A stretch of DNA of 63,704 nucleotides, the filler included, from Licmophora abbreviata (lineage: Eukaryota), in NCBI GenBank assembly GCA_900291995.1. It is 13 parts of 13 records of this genome, joined end to end, with 100 filler letters (N's around TTAATTAATTAA, not from the genome) between each part and the next. Parts side by side here need not be neighbours in the genome. Positions count along the whole stretch, not along the records: positions 8,737 to 17,325 come from OLMU01006117.1; positions 17,426 to 22,770 come from OLMU01006118.1; 11 more parts are not named here. The stretch is one strand, 5' to 3'. Below are positions 11,901 to 20,696 of this stretch, in pieces (position 1 is the stretch's first letter; every line of letters starts with the position of its first letter). Under the pieces are notes generated by a model, which was given only the letters and a program-made list of their open reading frames with translations, was not told the DNA's origin and ran no database searches. The translations under genes and the position numbers were made by a program.

Positions 11901-12364
11901 TGGTCGCTCAGCGCTCCGAGTATATGGGAGGACCTGGTCTCGTGTCGCAGTACAACCGTTCGATTCATATCAACACCAGATCAGCTCAACAGGACAATGT
12001 TGCTGCAGACCGTGTCACTGGAGCAGAAATCGTCCATCCGCTTCAAGGAGGATTCATCTTGAACTTCGGATTGCGTCCATGGCCCGATACCACTTCCCGT
12101 GGTTTGAATGTGGACCAGGATACCCTCCAGGACGACAAAAGTTTCTTTCGAGGACCACCGCTCTCTCAGCACAAAACTGCGGAAGTGCTAGACGCTCTGA
12201 GGTCATCGGCTCTTGAGGGCCAGATCCGATCCGATTTGTGCTTCTGGGGGTCTCCACACCGAAATCGCACAGGCAACTTCTTCGCCAACCAGAGCGCCTC
12301 GGAACGGTTCCGCCTCTATCACTCCGCAACGGGTAGGACTTGCCTTGTTGGTGTACACAAATAG
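8966..12364 (+). CDS. Multidomain protein: signal anchor + NAD-dependent epimerase/dehydratase + Zn-binding SAM-dependent NDP-hexose C-methyltransferase + GT-A glycosyltransferase-like domain
   Basis: SDR domain: IVIFGAGGNIG, ASTSAV, LRFGTVVG. Methyltransferase: CPVC...CSVC Zn site, QPLAN, VLELACNDG, GVDPAAN, NVLAHV, FDTAYHEH, GAYGAAAKG, LAWNF. GT-like domain: DEELLLPYWIRHH...FDHVVLVDFQSTDRS. Confidence 0.88.
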   Translation: MSSEPRKDDCGPGMSWFRLICGGIAVACVANAALHFYASSLLGSSSWTFVVPPVVERSGIVIFGAGGNIGSTLMIHLESQGYEVLGYDRDPRLPQLQIHPLASQDVTRKHLKDFRHVIFLGGCTQRRACEMLSDEEIKQENIDSVLHLATNMDADQQLIVASTSAVTEGSGYEALEETGSIHEELLDAYSMSMYRREKALRNLIGKQGGPDTVALRFGTVVGVSPGQRVDLAVPSLFRSAYTTGVLRMTHGETARSFLCLSDLTRAFGTLIESHRRSQTSGGTFRIFHWATFDASIEKIVTSIAMRTGARIDAVDVSDPDLVGFTLDTSRFRAAFNFTFQGSLKHALDEMEASIPDSITGKGVHSAQPIQIGNGTKESVPCPVCGSHHVHEVIDLDHQPLANDFRETEAEALSSPRFPLKLVRCSVCHHMYLSQVADRAELFSDYLYRSATSATLQKYFKWLAAKVVSESEFKGKQGSVLELACNDGTQLNEFRTLGWKTYGVDPAANLVPKAIEQGHVVKVGFWGTEMEFSELPPPNQLNAVVAQNVLAHVPRPVEFLQKCAAAMGQQTRLYIQTSQCQMHQLGQFDTAYHEHISFFTGHSFQKAAELSGLVVTNFELTPIHGTSCLVTLRLQSAFSGVSESMQKRLSEEDRDGITTDFFYMKYKARALFIRSWVSSQLQMLASQGFTIGAYGAAAKGMVLLHFMLAENETSFQLDFVIDDAPLKQNRFCPGTSIPVWPAERLKQIDVKKPLAILVLAWNFWPEIASKLRRELKGLRREILVVLPFPEARLVRLSLEDEISSDLDFGSSQDSDQVNTAETVVDMPYFPTSILNPLRDAQRHKILLIAEFGDEELLLPYWIRHHAPMFDHVVLVDFQSTDRSLEIIERTAPDSWTVVPAYNRSSLNADASDRQIMDIENQHDPRVWALTLTASEFLVHPRLREMLSLEMLKPSESKVFTAESLMIVGNESVPLQRFKSLVAQRSEYMGGPGLVSQYNRSIHINTRSAQQDNVAADRVTGAEIVHPLQGGFILNFGLRPWPDTTSRGLNVDQDTLQDDKSFFRGPPLSQHKTAEVLDALRSSALEGQIRSDLCFWGSPHRNRTGNFFANQSASERFRLYHSATGRTCLVGVHK

Positions 12365-12898
12365 ACGCAAGACGCAACCAGCACGACTTTGTTTGCAAAC
12401 AAGTACTCTTATTTCGCCTACTCGACACGCCTCTACGTTGGTGCTGTGTTGACCGGACCACATTTTTATGCTAGCAATCAAGGCTTCCAAGTTTCTGGAG
12501 CAAACTATGGTACCCCGCACCACCGAGTCCACACCCTCGTGGATTAACCAAACTATGTCTCACAGTGCACAGAGGCTTCGCACGGACTGGACGGTGTGCT
12601 TGGGGGACGGTGCGCTCAGGGCTCGTGCCACTTGTGGGTGACCGAAAGCCGCTACAGAAAAGTGCACTGCCGAACTTGGGATGCGGCTCAGATCTCCCGA
12701 CAATGTCAATCCGCTTGCATGCTACTCTGCCCCGCTCTACTCCCTCTCTTCTTTGACTTCGGTCACGGGCGATCCTAGTTTTTTCAGGATGGTCGTGGTC
12801 GAAACACCTTAACACATCTAATTCCAACCATGACTGTGTTGCGGTGGATCGAGATAGGTCTATGCAAGGCGTAGATACGTGTCGTTCGATTAATTAAG

Positions 12899-14544
12899 TC
12901 AAGTTGAGGATCGCTGATTCATGTACATTTCAAAGAGTACGTTTGGGTCAATTCCCGAGGCACTCCCACCAGCGGCAGGACCATAGACTCCGGTCCCGCC
13001 TTCATCCGACGCAGGATCTTCCATGCAATCTTTGTTGGCATAGCCGTCGTCGTAACCAGACCTTTTGACTGGATCTGACAAGACTTCGTAAGCAAGATTG
13101 ATATCTCGAAACATAGTTTCAGCTTTCTCTTTTTCATTTCCGGTTGAGCTACTGTGGCGGTCAGGGTGCCAGGTCAGCGCCTTCTTTCTATAGGCCTTTT
13201 TGATGTCCGCTTGACTGGCATGTCGTGTAAGACCTAGTATCTTGTACAAGTCCTTGCGCCTTGCCTTATTTAGCTCAATGGTCGCTGCTCGCAGCTTTTT
13301 GCCAATGTCTCGAGACTGCCCTGGTTGCTTGGACAATTCCAAAGCAGCTTCATAGTCGTGGACTGCCTGCTCACAACAGGTTCGTCGATCGCCTCCCTCT
13401 ACAAGCAGAGCCGACGCGGCACGGCGCATGTACGCCTTGACGTAGTCAGAATCCAACTGTATTGCTTCGCTACAGTCGGCCATCGACTTTTCGTGTTGTC
13501 CAAGCGCGGCATGTGTGGAAGCCCGGTTGAAGTAAAGTTTGGCCATGTAGGTAGATGAATCCTCTGGACAAAGCGTCAGTGTCTCATTGTAGAGTGCAAG
13601 AGCATCACGATAGTCTCGCGATTTGTAGGCGACATCTGCCTTTTCTTTCCTTTTTGTAACAACACGGAGTTGTTTCAACAGGGACACGGCTCGTTTGTTG
13701 TCAGGGTCACCAGCGAGCATATTCCGGAGATGCTTGATGGAATCGTCAACGCTTCCACGACTAAAGAGGATCTTGGCTCTAAGGATCAGTAGGTCAGAAT
13801 GCTGCTCGAGCCCTTGCAGCATGAGCGTGTTGCTGAGTTCGTACGCCTTGTCGTTTTGTCCCAATGCATGGAGGATTTCGGCTTGAAGCACTTTGAGTTC
13901 AGGACACGCGGTGCAGTACTGCAGGACCGACTGAATATTGTCAAATGTCTCTTGCAAAATGTTAGCATTCTCAAGGGGTTCACATGCACGTAGTTTGACG
14001 ACAGTGCGCGTTGCCTTGTCAAACTTCAGCTTGGTAGCATCAATAGTGTTACGCTCGAAGCCAAGTCGAGAATTGCCCGGGTCATGTTCCGCTGCCTTTT
14101 CGTTCGTTTTGAGTGCTTCCTCGAAAGATCCTTTGGAGAGTTGAAGTTTGGCTTTCCGCAAATAAGCCTTAGAAAAGGTGGGGTCAACGTTGACGGCGGC
14201 GTCACAGTCAGCCAGAGCCTCGTCGTACTGCTTTAGCATGGTGTGTGCCGCTGCTCGGTTGCTGTAATACGAGGCCAGCTTTTCCTCGATGTTGGGATCC
14301 CGCTCACTATCAAACATGACCGCTCGAGCGGTTCCAATAGCAAGGGTGTAATGATCAATCGCTTCTCCGTACTCTGCGGAAATGTAGTTTGTTGTTTTAA
14401 TGTTTTGTTGTGCGAGGTGAGAGATTAGAGAGACTAATATTTGTCAAAAATATTGAGCACAGAATCTCTACTGTACTTCTTCTCTTACTCACCTTGTTTC
14501 AGGTAGGCATCGTTTCCAAACTCCTTATGTATCACGTGCGACAT
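12899..14544 (-). CDS. DNAJC7: TPR-repeat + J-domain co-chaperone (DNAJC7/TPR2-like), exons 14544-14493 and 14373-12899
   Basis: Multiple TPRs (YYSNRAAA, LYFNRAS) and a C-terminal J-domain, DLYKILG...IKKAYRKKALTWHPDRH. A GTGAGT...CAG intron at 14492-14374 adds the first TPR helix, KEFGNDAYLKQE. Confidence 0.9.
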
Positions 14545-14934
14545 GGTGGCGCAATTCTTGGTCGGCTTTGGTCTGAGATGACACAAACTTCTGAAACTGT
14601 GGTCTCATCTTTCAACTTGTGAACGATGGGAACTTTGACAATGAACGTGCACGATATTTGTATCGTGAGATATGACCGAAGATACATATTTATCATGACA
14701 CTTCCACAATACTTATGATGTTATGACCGCAATGCCTTCTTCTTCCTTTGCTTCGCGGTCCGAACTCGCTAGCTTTGTCCACGGGTCACGGATGTACGAC
14801 TCCTGCCAGCCATCCGTCATGAGGCGTGCGTGCCGTATTGCTGAGTTGAATCTTTTTGCACAAATTCAGTTTGAAGTTGTTTACCGGTACCCTACTCGTA
14901 GCACTGGTATCATATCTGTACACATTGCTCTATC

Positions 14935-15992
14935 ATGTTTGCTGTCACTCGCTCCGCCATTTCGGTTGTCAGTCGCACTGGCATTTTCTCTCTTCGTAGG
15001 TACGACGAAGATTTGCTTCGGGGAAGTTGTGGAGACGGAACACACCGTAGCTCTACCGGTACGGTACCCCCGCGGAAACATCTTCCACAACCCCTCCCGT
15101 TTTGAATTTCGTATCGTTCATAGCCCTTGTGTCGTGCAGTGTTGTGTCTTTTCCCATCATGTCATGGTCTCACGGTCGGTACTTAATCCCTCTCGTTGCA
15201 GCACTGTTGCGCTGCAGACTGCCGACAAGCACACCCTGGTTCTGGTGAGGCACGGAGAGAGTACTTGGAATCTTGAGAACAAGTTCACAGGATGGGTGGA
15301 TGTGCCTTTGAGTCCCAAAGGACACGAAGAAGTCATTGAAGCCGGGAAACTCATTGCTTCCGAAGGAATCATCGCTGATGTCGCCCACACCTCCCTTTTG
15401 AAGAGAGCTATTCGTACCTTGTGGCATGTGTTGGAACAGACAGATCTAATGTGGATTCCCACACAGAAGGCATGGGAACTCAACGAACGTCACTATGGTG
15501 CACTCCAAGGTCTGGACAAGCAGCAGACGGTCGACGAGTATGGCAAGGACCAGGTCTTGGTTTGGCGTCGCAGTTATGACGTGCCACCTCCCACGGTTGA
15601 TCTATCCAGTGAGCATCATCCCTCCAATGATCCGCGCTATGCTGGACACAAGTTTGCAGACGATTTTACGGAAAGTCTCTCTACCACGTTGGATCGAGTC
15701 GTCCCATACTATGAGAAGGAGATTGTTGCCCCAGATGAAATCTGGCAAGACGGTACTTGTCACGGCTCATGGAAATTCACTCCGTGCACTTGTCAAGCAT
15801 CTGGATGGCATCGACGAAGCGACCATTTCCGAACTCAACATTCCTACGGGAACGCCGCTGGTTTACGAGCTAGATGATGACTTGCAGCCTATCCCACAGT
15901 TGGGGGCCATTGCTCCTTTGCAGGGCCGCTACTTGGGTGACTTGGATGCGGTGCGGGCCCGCATTGAAGGAGTGAAGAACCAGACCAAGTGA
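14935..15992 (+). CDS. gpmA: 2,3-BPG-dependent phosphoglycerate mutase with mitochondrial-type presequence; intron 15000-15201; apparent +1 frameshift near 15725
   Basis: [30 protein letters not shown] and WRRSYD are in one frame; [13 protein letters not shown] and [14 protein letters not shown] are in the next. The spliced N-terminus is [27 protein letters not shown]. Confidence 0.9.
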
Positions 15993-16205
15993 AGTGTGAA
16001 GAAAGAAAGTAAAGCGGGGAAGATTCTGGTGGAGGAACTTACTTCAAACGCACAATCAGTTGCCGCTATGGTAGCTCTAGAATAGTGTATCTGGACCTCT
16101 AGCTGCTGCCAGGTTAATGCTCCTCTGTACCCGGTGCAAGCCACTCGCAAACATCTGCATCTTTTTGCCTTTTACTTGCAGAGATTCAGGCTAGGTTAGA
16201 GAGCA

Positions 16206-16689
16206 CTGGAGCTCCCCTTTCAAGGGACAACAGACGGTGAGCTGGAGCTCCCCTTTCTATCATGGGACACCCGACGGTGAGCAACTGATTCACTAACCCG
16301 ACTCATTACGGTGAACGATAGGAAATTCAAGCTAGCCAGTTAGATCTGGAGCTCCCCCTTCAATCATGAGACAACCGACGATGAACAATCGATTCGCTGC
16401 CCGCTATGATACTCGTCACGGTCCGTGATGCCGTACGGTACCGGCACCGACAGCACTACCCAAAAGCGTAGTGAAGTACGGCTAAACCCCATTCTCGGGA
16501 CCCTTTTCCGGTTCGGTGAGCGTAAGGTACTGAACGGTGAACAATTGATTCGCTGCCCGCTATGATACTCGTCACGGTCCGTGATGTGGTACGGTACCGG
16601 CACCGACAGCACTACCAAAAAGCGTAGTGAAGTATGGCTAAACCCCATTCTCGGGACCCTTTTCCGGTTCGGTGAGCGTAAGGTATTGA
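16206..16689. repeat. Local repeat complex: three CTGGAGCTCCCC(C/T)TT units (about 16206, 16242, 16346) followed by a near-identical 156-bp tandem duplication (16382-16537, 16538-16689)
   Basis: The block TGAACAAT.GATTCGCTGCCCGCTATGATACTCGTCACGG...CCGGTTCGGTGAGCGTAAGGTA occurs twice with few mismatches. Confidence 0.9.
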
Positions 16690-16825
16690 CTGACTGAATG
16701 GTAGGCCTCTCAGAGACGAAGCCCATGCTAGCGAACGATGATGTGTGATGTCATTTAATGGGAACCCACTAGATTTCAAATCGGCTTTGGTGCGGTGCGT
16801 ACGTACCGTATCTGGTACCAGGCAA

Positions 16826-17140
16826 CAGGTATCCGTGAGCTTTGTCTCGTCTCGAGTCAGCCTCCGAGTACAGGACCTGGTACCACTAGAAGGAATCCAC
16901 TGATCTCGCTAGAGAGCCACTGCCGGTAGACTCGAGGATGCCCAGTCTGACTAGCTATTGCTCGACCCTTGACCAAACTTGAGTTTGTGAAGAGTACGTA
17001 CCTTAAATAACATGTATCCGTGTACTGTGTTTCGCGACTCTGAGTGCCGCGTACAGTACATTGGAACCACTGATTTTGCTAAACAGTCACTACTAGTAGA
17101 ACCGACGAAGCCCCCCTGACCAGCTGTTGCTCGATCCCTG
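16826..17140. repeat. Diverged direct duplication (about 16826-16975 vs 17011-17140)
   Basis: Matched segments: GTATCCGTG...GTACAG, CCACTGATCTCGCTA/CCACTGATTTTGCTA and CTGACTAGCTATTGCTCGA/CTGACCAGCTGTTGCTCGA. Confidence 0.6.
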
Positions 17141-17438
17141 CAATTTTGAATTCTGTGCTTCCAACCGTACCAGGTATCTGGTACCAAGGTGCATAGCTAC
17201 TGAACCTGGGATCGCACCGGTAGGGTAACAGTAGCGCCCTGACGACATTCGATTGCATGCAGTTCTCATCTCAGGAAAATATTAAGTACCACTCGCTTGA
17301 GTGAGGCAAGCAGATAGACACGATTNNNNNNNNNNNNNNNNNNNNNNNNNNNNNNNNNNNNNNNNNNNNTTAATTAATTAANNNNNNNNNNNNNNNNNNN
17401 NNNNNNNNNNNNNNNNNNNNNNNNNTTTTTTTTTGTAG

Positions 17439-18590
17439 TTAAGGGACAGGATGAATAGGGACTGTCGGATTCGGAAGTAGGGTGAAGGCGCCGCCTTGAA
17501 GCATGCGACGGGCGAAGTGCCGCATGAGGGGTTCGGCTTGCACGTGGAGGTAGCGTAGCATCTCGTCGCTACGCCATCTGCCGATGAGTCGAATACGGTC
17601 GGAATCGACATCGGCGCAAAGCAGTGCCATAGCGCCGCCTGCGCGCAAGGAGCGCGCGGTGATGTCGCCGGGGAGGAAACCAACGGTGACACCAACGATG
17701 GCGGTGCTGATACGGAGGGCGGCGGTGATGTCCTTGGGAGCTACTGGTTGGGCACGGCCTGCAAGGAAGTGAGTCGCGAGCGGTGTGTCGGGAGCAGCTG
17801 TGCAGCGGCGGAGGTGCTCGACACGGCGGGTGAGGGCAAGGACAGGACACAGCAGCGGTTCGCCGCTGCGACCGAGCCCGATGACTTCGTTGCGAACACC
17901 GTTTTTCTGGGTGGTGAACGTGAGCGTGGCGAAGGTGGCTCGTGGAAGATCGGCAAGGGGGATGTTCGTCGCGAGGTAGCGACGCTGGCCAATCCATAAT
18001 TGAACGTCTTGGAGCTTGAAGGGGGTTGTGTCGGACGGCTTGCCGGTGTATTCGCCGGGCCGAAGAAGGAAGAAGAAAGCAAGGACGATCATGTCGGCGA
18101 TCGCCTGGTTGCCGGGAGAGTCGTTGTTGGAGAAGGCGACGTGGAGGACGTGCCGGACGATTTGGAGGGGGATCGGTTTCACCCGATCGGGCGGTGGGTC
18201 CTGCCGTTTGTAGCCAGCGAGTTGGCGCTGGATACGGAAGTCGATTTTTCCAAAGGTGTTTAGGCGTGGGTCGTCGGCCCCCATGGTCGCAAAGGCTTGA
18301 CCGACGGCACGGAGTGAGTCCTCCACCGTTCGAGCTCGGACAGGCTGGTGACGGGGAGCAATTTGGCCGGAGCGGTAGCGCTGCATGTAGACTTGGAGGA
18401 TGGTAGACGGATCCTCGATTTCCTTGAGGGTAGGATCCAGGTGGAGGGACTGGCAAAAGTGGGTCCATGTTCGCCAGTGGGAGTCGGCGGCGTTGGCGCG
18501 AGAAGAAACGATGCCGGCACGGGCCGCCGCTTGCGCAGCGCGGAGGTCGCGGCAGAAAGCATCGCGGAGGATGGTTGGCAGAGTTGCCAC
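17439..18590 (-). CDS. Tyrosine recombinase of the retroelement
   Basis: FFFLLRPGEY (R), FTTQKNG (K), TARSLRAGGA (xxLR), IGRWRSDEMLRYLH (W, Y), plus an N-terminal helical core-binding-like domain. Confidence 0.92.
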   Translation of the reverse strand: MATLPTILRDAFCRDLRAAQAAARAGIVSSRANAADSHWRTWTHFCQSLHLDPTLKEIEDPSTILQVYMQRYRSGQIAPRHQPVRARTVEDSLRAVGQAFATMGADDPRLNTFGKIDFRIQRQLAGYKRQDPPPDRVKPIPLQIVRHVLHVAFSNNDSPGNQAIADMIVLAFFFLLRPGEYTGKPSDTTPFKLQDVQLWIGQRRYLATNIPLADLPRATFATLTFTTQKNGVRNEVIGLGRSGEPLLCPVLALTRRVEHLRRCTAAPDTPLATHFLAGRAQPVAPKDITAALRISTAIVGVTVGFLPGDITARSLRAGGAMALLCADVDSDRIRLIGRWRSDEMLRYLHVQAEPLMRHFARRMLQGGAFTLLPNPTVPIHPVP

Positions 18591-20695
18591 GGAAGGCGCT
18601 GGGGATAAAGGGAGTCGAAGTGTGTGAGCAACGCAGTGTCACCAAGGTGCCACAGGCGAGAGGCATCGTCCGCCATGGCATTGAGCACTCCCGGCAAGTA
18701 GGAGTGCGTAGGGACATAGCGGTGGTACCGCTGGTGTAGGGCTTGAAGGCGCAGGAGGTACGCCGCTGCAGTGTTCGTGGAGGTCGATCCGCGGCGTTGC
18801 CAATAGAAAGCGGGAGTGTTGTCCGTGCCGGTATGCACGGTTCGCTCCCGTGTGTCGAAGTGCTGGGCGAGAATATCATGTTGGATGATGGTCGCCGTGA
18901 GCTCAAGGTCGGAGTTGGTGATGGTGCCTTGAGGGTTGTCGTAGGACACGAGCTTGGCCTGGATGTCGGAGGGAAACGGTGCGCGCCATAGGAGCGGTGC
19001 ATCGGGGTGGTGGGAGTGACGCCTCGGGACGTGTCGGGGCGGAGGGAGAATGATCCCGCCTTGGCCGGCACCGCTCGCATCGGTCGTGCCGTGAATAGTC
19101 GGGGGCGTGGCTACGAGCTCGCGTAGCCGCGTCGGCCGACTTTCCAGGCTGCTAGCTAACCACCGGAAATCGTCTAAGGTGGCGTGGACATGGCTGGACA
19201 CTCGGATGCGCCCAGCGCTGGGTTCTCGGAGCGCGGCCTGGAGGTGACTGAAAAGACCTCTGGCGCCCGGGATGGCTAACGCCATGGAACGCAGTTCCCC
19301 TAGGAGCTGGTGCCATTTGCGCAACGAGACACGCTGCTGGTGATGAGGCACAGAGTCGAGGAGAGTGTGGAGTCGGTCGATGCGGTGTTGAGGCAGCTCG
19401 AGGGTGCCGGCAACAGTGTCTACGAGCCACCCGAGCAGTACTTTACGGGTAGCCCAGTCGCCGTCGCCTTTCCGCAGTTTCTTGACGGAGATGGGTTCTT
19501 GTCTGGCCGGCGGGTCGTCATGCGACAACGGCCGGAACACTTGGTCGAGGACGTCGAAAAGCGTCCGGCGAATTCGGCGCCGACGCTTCCGGCCCCCTTG
19601 AGCTAGTCCACAGAAGTCATCGATATAGACTTCGAACATGCCGAGGGGGCGTCGGTGACGTCGTGTGGGCAAGGCGGGACAGGAATCGAGAGGGACCGCG
19701 GTGCTGTCGTCGCGTCGTCGAGAGGCCGGGTCGGAAGCTTCCGTGGGTGCAGTGTCGGCAAGCCGGTCGAGCCGGTGTGGTGGCGGGCGGTGTCCCCGTT
19801 CGATGCGGAGATTGGTGACGTCCGCGACTGTTTCGGTGGCCGCGCAGAAGTAGGGAGGGCTGCTGACCCAGCCCATGGGAAGCACGAGCGGGAACGCCAC
19901 GACGTGCTGGCCAGCGACCTCAGAAGGAAAGCTAACCCCAAGCTTCGGAATATCTTCTGTACGTAGTTTAACCCGATAAAAACCGTCAGCGATGTCTATT
20001 TTGCAGAGGTGAACGGGCCCATGCCGGGGGTCGGCATTGACAATCGCCACAAGGAGGCGTTGGAATGCTTGGCCGAAGCGCATGGCTTCGGATGGGGCGA
20101 GGCGCAATGTTTCGTCGTTCACGCCATTGAACGTGTAGTCGACGATCGTACGGGGGCGGCGATCCCGCTGTGGTACGACGCCGATCGGACTAAGACGGAG
20201 TCCTGGCAGTCCCTTAACCGTGTCATACGGTAGGACCACCCATTGGTTGCGGATGATCATATCCGCCATTTCTTGTCGTAAAAAGTCGGCGTGATCTAAG
20301 GCCGACTTGTGGGGGCCGCGTAGAGCGGCTGCGTGAATTCGGTGTGGATCCCAGGGCGGCGTTGTAAACAGGACAGGTGCCCCGGCCTTGGAAAGGTGTT
20401 GAAGAAGGTGCTTGGCGGGATGGACGATGTTGAGGGCGCCAATTTCGCCCGGCCCTCGGCGGTGGTTGACGAAGGATCGCCAGCCATGCCTAGCTAATGA
20501 ACGAGTATCTCTCAACATGTACTTACGTAGTGGGTTAGTCTGTTCCGTGGCCTCCTGAGATCGCTGTTGCACCGATACGTGTTTTCGTTTTCGTGTCGTC
20601 GTCGTGGTTGTCGTCGGCGGTGCTGGTTGAGCGGATGCAGGGGGCGGCGTCAGAGAGGACTGCGTGAATACACGCAGCCCCCCCCCCGCCTCCAT
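18260..20695 (-). CDS. Reverse transcriptase + RNase H (pol) of the retroelement
   Basis: RT motifs: LSPIGVVPQRDRRPRTIVD, KIDIADGFYRV, LPMGWVSSP, YIDD, LLGW. RNase H motifs: TDASG, DLELTA, TDN, NAMADDASR. Confidence 0.93.
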   Translation of the reverse strand: MEAGGGLRVFTQSSLTPPPASAQPAPPTTTTTTTRKRKHVSVQQRSQEATEQTNPLRKYMLRDTRSLARHGWRSFVNHRRGPGEIGALNIVHPAKHLLQHLSKAGAPVLFTTPPWDPHRIHAAALRGPHKSALDHADFLRQEMADMIIRNQWVVLPYDTVKGLPGLRLSPIGVVPQRDRRPRTIVDYTFNGVNDETLRLAPSEAMRFGQAFQRLLVAIVNADPRHGPVHLCKIDIADGFYRVKLRTEDIPKLGVSFPSEVAGQHVVAFPLVLPMGWVSSPPYFCAATETVADVTNLRIERGHRPPPHRLDRLADTAPTEASDPASRRRDDSTAVPLDSCPALPTRRHRRPLGMFEVYIDDFCGLAQGGRKRRRRIRRTLFDVLDQVFRPLSHDDPPARQEPISVKKLRKGDGDWATRKVLLGWLVDTVAGTLELPQHRIDRLHTLLDSVPHHQQRVSLRKWHQLLGELRSMALAIPGARGLFSHLQAALREPSAGRIRVSSHVHATLDDFRWLASSLESRPTRLRELVATPPTIHGTTDASGAGQGGIILPPPRHVPRRHSHHPDAPLLWRAPFPSDIQAKLVSYDNPQGTITNSDLELTATIIQHDILAQHFDTRERTVHTGTDNTPAFYWQRRGSTSTNTAAAYLLRLQALHQRYHRYVPTHSYLPGVLNAMADDASRLWHLGDTALLTHFDSLYPQRLPWQLCQPSSAMLSAATSALRKRRPVPASFLLAPTPPTPTGEHGPTFASPSTWILPSRKSRIRLPSSKSTCSATAPAKLLPVTSLSELERWRTHSVPSVKPLRPWGPTTHA

Positions 20696-20696
20696 C

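Noticed and set aside
15715..15735. Programmed frameshift or pseudogenisation of PGAM (and likewise threonine synthase near 35011)
   Set aside because: These are single extra bases in otherwise intact conserved genes, with no slippery heptamer, in a fragmented draft. Sequencing or consensus error is more likely.
16206..16689. CRISPR array
   Set aside because: The context is eukaryotic, the repeats are irregular, the intervening sequences resemble each other, and there are no cas genes.
17569..19080. 503-aa third-frame ORF overlapping pol and YR
   Set aside because: It is Pro/Arg-rich with no motifs, an expected by-product of high GC and overlapping coding constraints.
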